From positions 2,432,001 to 2,496,000 of the forward strand of contig OZ241326.1 of assembly GCA_965199855.1 (NCBI GenBank): DNA of 64,000 bases, written 5' to 3'. This document shows positions 1-8,000 of this stretch, piece after piece. This stretch comes from a bacterium (GTDB lineage: Bacteria > UBA8248). A program made the translations under genes and the position numbers. Each line of letters begins with the position of its first letter. Position 1 is the first letter of the stretch. The notes under the pieces were generated by a model. The model worked only from the letters and a program-made list of their open reading frames with translations. It ran no database searches and was not told where the DNA came from.

Positions 1-3000
1 CGGGTCGCGGCGCCGCCGGGGTCGTCTCCCGTCCAGACGGCCACGCCCGAGGCGCCCGCGAGAACCCGGCCGCGCCGCCCGACGAACAGCGCGCCGCCGC
101 CCGCGAGATGAACGGCCGCGACCGAGCCGCCCCTCACGGTTCCCTCCACCGCGACGAACTGCCGGCGCATGTTCTTCGCGGTCTCCGCCAGGAGCAGGCG
201 CCTGCCCCAGTCCGAGCTGCTTCTCACGTCGCCAAGGCCCGCGTTTCGGAGGTGGACGCCGGACTTCGCGCCGGAGACGCTCCCCCCCTCGGCCACGGAG
301 ACCTCCAGGCGGCCGTTGCCGGCCTCCTCCGCCCTGTAGTGCGCGTAGATGCCGGATTCGGTCTCGGAGGAGATGGAGCCGCTGTTGACGACTTCGACGT
401 CGCCCCTGCTCGCCTTCGGATGCGCATAGACGCCCGAGAGCCGCGCGTCGATGGTCCCGGCGTTGGCGACGCTGACCGTCCCGCTCCTCTGCCCGGCGTC
501 GCTCAGCCAGGCATAGACGCCCTCGGCGAACTTCGAGGAGAGCCTCGCGCCCCTCGCTACGCTCACCTCCACGGAGCCCGCCTCGTGGTTCACCGCCTCG
601 ACGGCGATCCCCTTCGACCTGACCGAGCCGCCCGAGACCTCGACCCTGGCGAGCCCCCGGTTCACGGGGGCGCGGTAGTCGGCGTGGGCGGGGGCGTCCT
701 CCTGCCTCCATCGGCCGACCTGGGCGGCGATGCCCTTCTGGCAGTGGCGCACCGGGGCGATGCTCCCCTCGCAGTCCTCGATGTCGCTGGCGTGGCTGAC
801 GTCGATGTCGCCGCCCGAGTGGGTGACGGAGACGCCGGAGTTCGCGCCGGTCGCGTCCCCGGCGCTCGTCATGGCGAAGACGCCGTAGCGCGTCGCCCAG
901 AGGTCGCCGCTGTTGGCGACCGAGACGCCGCCCGCGGCGAAGTTCGCGCCCTGGTGCGAGGCGGAGAGCCCGCGATCGGCCCGCGAGTCGGCCCTGCCGA
1001 CGTCGCCGCTGTTGGCGATCGTGACGCTCCCGGAGCCCCGCGCCTGCGCCCGGACGCCGTAGATTTGCGCCGAGATGGCGCCCGTGTTCCTGATCTCGAC
1101 GCCGCCGCCGGCGCCTTCGTGCCCGACGAAGACGCCGTATCCGTGCCTGCGCCTCCCGGACGCCTCGCCGATGGCGCCGCTGTTGGCGACCGTGACGCTC
1201 CCGGAGCCCGTCTTCGAGACGCTGATGGCCGGCCAGGGGGAATTCGAGGTCAGCCCGATGGCGCCGCTGTTCGTGACCGAAACGTCGCCGCCCGCGCCGT
1301 CGTGCTGGACGGCGATGCCGGTTTTCGCCGCGCTGATCGCCGCCGCCTGGGTGATCCGCACGCTCCCGTCCGCGTTGCCCGGATCATAGATCGCGGCGTA
1401 GATGCCGTGCTCGCTCGCGGAGGCGAGCGCGGCGCCGGAGGAGACGCTGACCTCCACCCCGCCCGCCTCGTAGTTCGCCGCCTCGATGGCCGTCCCCTTG
1501 GAGGATATCGACCCGCCCGTGACGGCGACCCTGGCGACGCCCCGGTTCGCGGGCGCGACGTAGTCGGCGTGGGCGGGGCTGCTCTCCTGCCGCCAGTTGC
1601 CGACCCGCGCCACGATGCCCTGGCGGTTGCTCCTGACGGCGGCGTCCGTCGCGACGCTGATGACGCCGGCCGAATGGGTCACGCTCGTCCCGGCGTTCGC
1701 GCCGTCGGCGTCATGCAGCTTCGTCTGCGCCAGGATGCCGTATTCCGTCGCCGTGATGGAGGCGCTGTTGGAGACTGTCACGCCGCCGGCGGCGCCCGCG
1801 CCGTCGTGCGAGACGAAAATGCCGCGCGCCGCCCTCGCGCCCGCCCTGCCGATGGCGCCCCTGTTGGCGACCGAAATGGCGCCGGTCGCCCCCGCCCTCG
1901 CCACGGCGAAAATGCCGCTGCCGCCCGCCTCGATGACGCCGCTGTTGGTCACCGTCATGGCGCCCGAGCCCGCCTCGACGACGGAGGTGATGCCGTGGAA
2001 GGGCGCCTTGATCGTCCCCTCGTTGGCGACGGCGAGCTTCCCGCTCGCGTTGCCCGCGTCGGTCAGCGCGGCCTCGATGCCGTGGCCGCGCGTGGAGGTG
2101 AGCGCGACGCCCCTGGAGACGCTGACCTCCACCCCGCCCGCCTCGTAGTTGATCGCCTGGATGGCGCTCTGCTCCGAGCGGATCGACCCGCCCGTGACGG
2201 AGACACTGGCCAGCCCCGCGTTCCTGGGGGCGACGTAGTTGGCGTGGGCGGCGTTGGTCTCCTGCCTGGCTTCGCCCACGTGCGCCCTGACGCCCGCGCC
2301 GCCCGTCGCCACCGAGATGGCCCCGGCCGAATGGGTGATGGAGACGCCCGCGTTCGCGCCCGCGCCGTCCTTGCCGGTCGTTTTGGCGAAGATGCCCTCG
2401 TCGTTCGTCGCGTCCGCCGACGTGATGGCGCCGCTGTTCTCGACCACGACCGCGCCGGCGGCGCCCGAGTCGCTGACGTAGATGCCCCTGCCGTCCGTCG
2501 TGACGGCGCCGCGGTTCCTGACCGTGACCCCGCCGGCGCCGCGGTTGTCAACGTGGACGCCGTCGTCCTCGGAGCGGATCGCCGCCGCCGTGGTGACCGA
2601 AATGTCGCCGGCGTCGCTCTCGTAGGTCGTGACCTCGATGCCGCGGCTCTCCATCTTCGCGGTCGCCGTCCCGATGGTCACGCCGCTCCTGACGTCCAGC
2701 GTCGTCGTGGCGCCGTCCCCGTCGCGCTGGAAGACGACGATGCCGCGGTTGTTGTACCAACTGCTCGCCCGCGTGCCGCTCTGCCTGATGGCGACGGCGC
2801 CCCCGCTTCCGACCGTGAGGCCGATGTTGCGGACCGGGGACGTCCGGGGCGAGGTCGCATCGTCGTTCGTTCTGATGGTGATGCCGTTGTGCAGGCCGTT
2901 GTTCGCCCCGGCCGTGATCGTCGTCGCCGCCCCGCCCGTGACGGTGAGCGTGACGGCGTTCGCCAGATCCCAATAGACGATGCCGGTATACGCCGCGTCC

Positions 3001-3155
3001 GGGCAGGTCTCAGTGAACGAGTTGCCCGCATTGAGCGCCCCGCAGTCATCCCGCGCCCGCGCCGTCCCCGGCGCGAGGAGGAGCGCCGCCAGAAGGACGG
3101 CGGAAAACGCGGCGCGCGCGAGGGGGTGGATTCGTTCGGGGCGGTAGCCGTTCAT
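1..3155 (-). CDS. Large secreted beta-helix/autotransporter-type surface protein (AT1), 5' part; runs off the left window edge
   Basis: Missing from the ORF track because there is no stop in the window. ATG at 3155 with GGGAG upstream reads MNGYRPERIHPLARAAFSAVLLAALLLAPGTARA-RDDC (signal peptide). It continues as G/A/S/T/V-rich repeats (GIVA, GVFA, V.NSG.V) like the passenger of AT2. The barrel is not visible. Confidence 0.8.
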   Translation of the reverse strand, partial: MNGYRPERIHPLARAAFSAVLLAALLLAPGTARARDDCGALNAGNSFTETCPDAAYTGIVYWDLANAVTLTVTGGAATTITAGANNGLHNGITIRTNDDATSPRTSPVRNIGLTVGSGGAVAIRQSGTRASSWYNNRGIVVFQRDGDGATTTLDVRSGVTIGTATAKMESRGIEVTTYESDAGDISVTTAAAIRSEDDGVHVDNRGAGGVTVRNRGAVTTDGRGIYVSDSGAAGAVVVENSGAITSADATNDEGIFAKTTGKDGAGANAGVSITHSAGAISVATGGAGVRAHVGEARQETNAAHANYVAPRNAGLASVSVTGGSIRSEQSAIQAINYEAGGVEVSVSRGVALTSTRGHGIEAALTDAGNASGKLAVANEGTIKAPFHGITSVVEAGSGAMTVTNSGVIEAGGSGIFAVARAGATGAISVANRGAIGRAGARAARGIFVSHDGAGAAGGVTVSNSASITATEYGILAQTKLHDADGANAGTSVTHSAGVISVATDAAVRSNRQGIVARVGNWRQESSPAHADYVAPANRGVARVAVTGGSISSKGTAIEAANYEAGGVEVSVSSGAALASASEHGIYAAIYDPGNADGSVRITQAAAISAAKTGIAVQHDGAGGDVSVTNSGAIGLTSNSPWPAISVSKTGSGSVTVANSGAIGEASGRRRHGYGVFVGHEGAGGGVEIRNTGAISAQIYGVRAQARGSGSVTIANSGDVGRADSRADRGLSASHQGANFAAGGVSVANSGDLWATRYGVFAMTSAGDATGANSGVSVTHSGGDIDVSHASDIEDCEGSIAPVRHCQKGIAAQVGRWRQEDAPAHADYRAPVNRGLARVEVSGGSVRSKGIAVEAVNHEAGSVEVSVARGARLSSKFAEGVYAWLSDAGQRSGTVSVANAGTIDARLSGVYAHPKASRGDVEVVNSGSISSETESGIYAHYRAEEAGNGRLEVSVAEGGSVSGAKSGVHLRNAGLGDVRSSSDWGRRLLLAETAKNMRRQFVAVEGTVRGGSVAAVHLAGGGALFVGRRGRVLAGASGVAVWTGDDPGGAAT

Positions 3156-3559
3156 GTCGTCTCCCGTCTTTCTTTCCGCTCCATTCGCGCCGAGCGGTCG
3201 AATCGGGTCATGGACGGGAAGCGCCTCGTTTTTCCGGGGCGCTTCGGGCGGTCCGTCCTGAAATCCGGCGAAAAAACGCCCGCGTCCGCCCCCGCGCCTC
3301 TCCTCCGTTCGGACGAAAGAGGGGCGCGGAAGGACGAAGCGAAGGCGCGGAGATCGGGGTCAGAAGGAGAGAAGAAGGACGAATCGGCAACGCCGGGCAG
3401 GGCGCGCCTCGCGCGCGAATGCCGCGATATATCGTAAGAAACGCCTCTTCGGAGGCGGCGCGCGGGAAGTCCCGCGTGCGCGGGCGATGCGTTGGCTTCG
3501 GGCGGCGACATTTTCCTTTCCATCTAACGTCTTGCGAGAAAAAGAGATACAAGCGTCGC

Positions 3560-3585
3560 TTCAAGTAAATTGTTTCAAGTAAATT
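3560..3585. promoter_or_regulatory. Direct repeat TTCAAGTAAATT x2 (14-bp period), candidate operator over the -10/+1 region of the AT1 promoter
   Basis: Exact 12-bp copies at 3560-3571 and 3574-3585 in an AT-rich patch. Confidence 0.45.
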
Positions 3586-3609
3586 ATACAAAATCAAGCG
3601 AATTGTCAA
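3583..3609 (-). promoter_or_regulatory. Sigma70-like promoter for AT1 (TTGACA-N15-TATAAT)
   Basis: Perfect consensus hexamers on the minus strand, but the spacer is only 15 bp; about 420 nt upstream of the AT1 ATG. Confidence 0.55.
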
Positions 3610-3636
3610 GAGATGGCCAAATCCGCCGCCCGGCGC

Positions 3637-5003
3637 GGACAACCACAGGGGGATTGTCCCTACGGGGCCGCGCCATCGCCAACCCGCAGGCGGGGTTTTG
3701 ATTTTGGTTTTGGCGTAGGGGACGCATTCATGCGTCCCGCCCGGCGTTCGGCGGGGGACGCGGGGTTTGTGATTTCGCAGGGGCGCCCCCTCCTCGGGGC
3801 CGCCCCACAATTCGGGAACCGCCCGTATTTATTTAGAAGGGTTAACATCGTAGGCGGCGGGTCGTTCACGAACGACCCCTACGGAATGTTCGCGCCCCGG
3901 CGGAATGAGGAACCCGGCGCGGACAACCACGGGGGGTTGTCCCTACGGGGCCGCGCCATCGCCAACCCGCAGGCGGGGTTTTGATTTTGGTTTTGGCGCA
4001 GGGGACGCATATATGCGTCCCGCGCCGTTCCCGTTTGGGGATGGTTGCCTATGGGTGATGATGGGGCGTAGGGGCGGTTCGGGAACCGCCCGTTTTGAAG
4101 GGAAGACAATCAAAACCCTGGATTCCGGCCTTCGCTGGAATGACGGCCGGGGATGCCCCTACGGCGGTGAACGCGGGGTTTATGGCTTCGTAGGTGAAAC
4201 GCGAGAGCGTTTCCATATATGCGTCCCGCCCGGCGTTTGGCGGGGAACGCGGGGTTTGTGGTTTCGCAGGGGCGGTTGCCTATGATGATGGGCCGTAGGG
4301 GCGGTTCGTGAACCGCCCGTTTTGAAGGAAGACGATCAAAACCCTGGATTCCGCAATCCCTCCGCCTTGTCGGGATTGACGCCGCGAATGACGGCCGGGG
4401 ATTCCCCCTACGGCGGGGAACGCGGGGTTTGTGATTTCGCAGGGGCGGCCCCTCCCCGGGGCCGCCCCGCAATTCGGGAACCGCCCGTATTCAAAAGACA
4501 TTCGCATCGGAGCCGGCGGGTCGTTCACGAACGACCCCTACGGGGATGGTCGCGCGTCGGCGGAATGAGGAACCCGGCGCGGACAACCACGGGGGGTTGT
4601 CCCTACGGAGGGGCCAAATCGCCGTGATCCGCATCGTGGCCGGCCCGCGAACGGGGCAGCGAATTCGCGGCCCCTACGGGCGGGGGTTTTGATTCCGCGT
4701 AGGGGACGCATATATGCGTCCCGCCCGGCGTTTGGCGGGGAACGCGGGGTTTGTGATTTCGCAGGGGCGGTTGCCTATGATGATGGGCCGTAGGGGCGGC
4801 CCCCTGCGGCCGCCCGTCGTCAATGGCGAGGATGGGGTGGGGATATTGTAGGGGCGGTTCGTGAACCGCCCGTTTTGACGGCGTGGGCCGACAACCCGGC
4901 GATTGTCCGTTTGGTCGGCGCGGGCGGGGCGTTCCCGAACGCCCCCTACGGGCGAAATGCGCGAAGGACACCGCAGGGGTTTGTCCCTACGATTCGCCCC
5001 TAC
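3637..5003. repeat. REP cluster 1: mosaic of GTAG-tagged palindromes plus CGTC-type palindromes
   Basis: Many short hairpins such as GTAGGGGCGGTTCGGGAACCGCCC, GTAGGGGACGCATTCATGCGTCCC, GGACAACCACGGGGGGTTGTCCCTAC, GGGTCGTTCACGAACGACCCCTAC and CTGGATTCCGGCCTTCGCTGGAATGACGG. Internal ~115-bp duplication (~3630-3740 vs ~3915-4023). Confidence 0.85.
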
Positions 5004-5026
5004 GCGAATGCGCCGCCGGGCGAATC

Positions 5027-8000
5027 CTAGAACCGCATTTCCGCGCTCAGGCGGGCGCCGAGGGTCTTGTCGTCGGAGCCCGGGCCGGAGGAGGAGATTT
5101 CCCCGCCTATCGTGAAGCGTCCCTTGCGCCAGCGCGCCCCCAGACCCACCAGAAAGCGGGAGCCGTCCGCCTCCGCGTGGAGCCGCTCGCCGGAGACCTC
5201 GACGGAGGTCTTCTCGCCGCTCAGGACGGTCTCCAGATCAAGCGAGCCGCGCAGGGCGAGCGTCCCCCCGGCCGCGCCCCGAACGAGCTCCGCCGCCGCG
5301 CCGAAGCCCCCCGAGAGCCGGTCGCCCTCGATGAGCCTGACCCGCGCCCCGAGAGCGTCCGTGAAGCCCTCCATCGAGATCCGCGAGCGCGTGAGCCACG
5401 CCCGGGGCGTGAGCGCGAACCTCTCGCCGGGCGCGAGGCGGCGGCCGGCCTCCACGTCCAGAACGCGGACGCCCGCGCCCACTTCGCCCCGCAGCCTGCC
5501 CCATTTCCTGGAAGTGAGATCAGCGTCGTAGTCCATGACGGAGAACTCCCCGCGCAGATACCAGCCGTCCCCGCTTCTCCACGAGAGTCCCGCGCCCAGG
5601 CCCACGCCGGCGAGGTCGATTTCCCCCTTGCCGTCGGCCAGCGAGGTTTCCGCCGCGCCCCTCTGATGGCGGAGGGAGAGCGAGCCCGTGAGGCCGCTCG
5701 TCCAGGGGAAGGAGACGGCGAGACCCGCCTCCAGCCCCGTGGAGGCGAAGTCGTATTTGGCGGAGGAGGTCGAGCGCCTCGCCCCGCGCGAGCCCTCCGT
5801 CCCCGACAGCCGGACCCAGACGGGCGAGCCGGGAGCGGTCGTCCTCGCCTCCCGCGTCCGGCCGCTCTCCATCCTGTGCAGAAGCCCCGGCAGCGCCTCA
5901 TAGACCCCCGCGCGGGGAGCGTGGCGCTCGATGAGCTCGATTCCCCCGGCCGCCCCCGCGCGCAGGCTCACGTCCCGCGCCCCGTTGGGCGCCTCCGCGC
6001 CCGTGACGCCTTCCGCGGCGCCGCTCAGCTTCACCCCGTTGACGTAGATATCGGGCTCTCCGCCCTCGAGGACGATGGCGCCCGCGATCACGTCCGGCAG
6101 CCGGCGCGCGTCGAGGGTCAGATTCACGCGGAGCGTCCCGCCGCCCGCGCGAATCGAAGCCCCGTCCACCTCCTTCACCACCCCCGCCGCTCCCACCGTC
6201 ACCACCCCGCCCCGATCCAGCAGCACGGCGCACACCCGACCGTCCACGACCACCGAACTCGCCGCCAGATGGATGACGCCCGTCACCTCGCCGCCGGCGG
6301 AGATCGTGACCGCGTGATCGCCCGCGCCCAGGCCCTCCACGTCGCCTTCCACCACGCCGGAGATGATCGCCGTGAGGTCGCCGCCCAGGCTCCGGACGTC
6401 GCCCGTCACCCTTCCGGCTATGGAGACGCGCAGGTCGCCCGCCTCGCTCCGGAGCGCCTCTGTCCCGCCGTCCACCTCGACGCCGGTGAGCGCGCCTGTC
6501 GCGGGAACCGCCACCTCCCCGCCTTCCGCCAGCAAAATCCGCCCGACGCTCCCCGGAACCACCACCGGGCCGACGGGATCGTGGACGGTTCCCGTGATCA
6601 CGCTCCCCGCCGTCGTCGTCAGCATGAGCGCGCCCCCCGCGTTGCGGACGTCGCCCTCGACCCGCCCGGCCACGGTCGCCGTCAAATCCCCCGACCCGTC
6701 CGCCAGAACCCCCACGCCCGAAGTCGCGCCCACCACGCCCGCAGCTCCGACCATGAGCCTGCCGCCGCCCTTCATATAGACGCCCGCGCCCGTTCCGCCC
6801 CTCACCTCCCCGTCAATCGAGACGCTCTGCGCCCGGGAATTCCCCTCGCCTTCGCCCGCCCCGCCCACGTAGAGGCCGTTCCTGCCGCCCGAGACGCTCG
6901 CGCCCTCGGCCACGCTCACCATGATCGCGCCGTTCCTGTCGTGCGCGATGACGTAGCGCGCGTATACCCCGTCGCCCTCGGCGGTTATCGTCCCTCCCGT
7001 CACGTCCACCCGGACGTCGCCCGCGTTGTATCTCAGGGCGAGCGCGCGCACCGTGTCCTTGTAGTCGGCGTAGAGCGAGGAGAGCCTCGCCAGCGCCGCC
7101 TCCAGGTCGCCCCCCAGCAGGAGGGCCTCGAGAATCGCCCGCTCGACGGCGGAGAGCTCCGTCTGCTCGTCGAAGAGCGCCTGCTCCTCGTCCGTCAGGG
7201 GAGGCCACCAGCGGCTCAGCGCCCTGTCGTAGTCGCCGTATCTTACGTAGCGGGCGTACGCGTGATGATCCAGAACGAGGACGCGAATCCCCGTCGGGAC
7301 GAGCTCCAGAATCGCGTCGGCCGCCGCATCCGCCCGCGTCTGGGAGAGGTCCGGCGTCCAGCCGCGCTTGCGAAGAAGCTCCCGCGCCTCCGCCTTCCAG
7401 TCGTCGTCGTAGGCGGCGGGAAGCGCGTCCAGGGCGGCCTCCAGCGCGTCGGAGTCGTTCGCCGTGACGGCGGAGAGAACGGCGCGCTCGCCCGTCGAGA
7501 GCGTCCCGTCCTCGCCGGCGATCCTGGCTCTTATGAAGTCGTCCATCACCGACGCGCCGACCGTAATGTCCCCGCTCGACGCGACGTGAATCATCGGCTC
7601 GGTTCGCGCCGCGTCGTCCGCCGTCCGGGTCCCCTCCCCGAAGGTGGAGCCGCTCGAGCGCGGCGCCCAGGCGTGAACGCCGACGGCGCGCGCCTCGATC
7701 GTCCCCGCGTTCGTGACGAGGAGGCGGCCCGCCGGGCTTCCGTTGTTGAACAGTCTGCCCTGCGCGCCGATGAAGAACGGCGACTCCACCCGCGCCTCCG
7801 CGCCGATGCGGAAATCGATGGAGCCGAGCCCCTGATCGTCGGCGTAAGGCTCGAGGGAGCCGGTGCCGGAGATAAGGCCGGTGGAGCCGAGGCCCTGCTC
7901 CGCGTCCAGCCCCAGGGCGCCCACGCCCTCCGCCCTGATCCGCCCGCTTCCGAAATTCACGATGACGTCGCCGGAGCCGTTCCCGGTGGCGTAGAGGCCG

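Noticed and set aside
108-3437. 1109-aa plus-strand ORF, and similar long ORFs 4883..9718, 10744..12723, 15135..18254 and 54338..56428
   Set aside because: Antisense shadows of real genes in high-GC DNA; Arg/Pro/Ala-rich with no recognisable motifs.
3637-5003. REP clusters as a CRISPR array or attC cassette array
   Set aside because: The repeats are heterogeneous palindromes in both orientations and the linkers recur rather than being unique. No cas gene, integron integrase or cassette ORFs are present.
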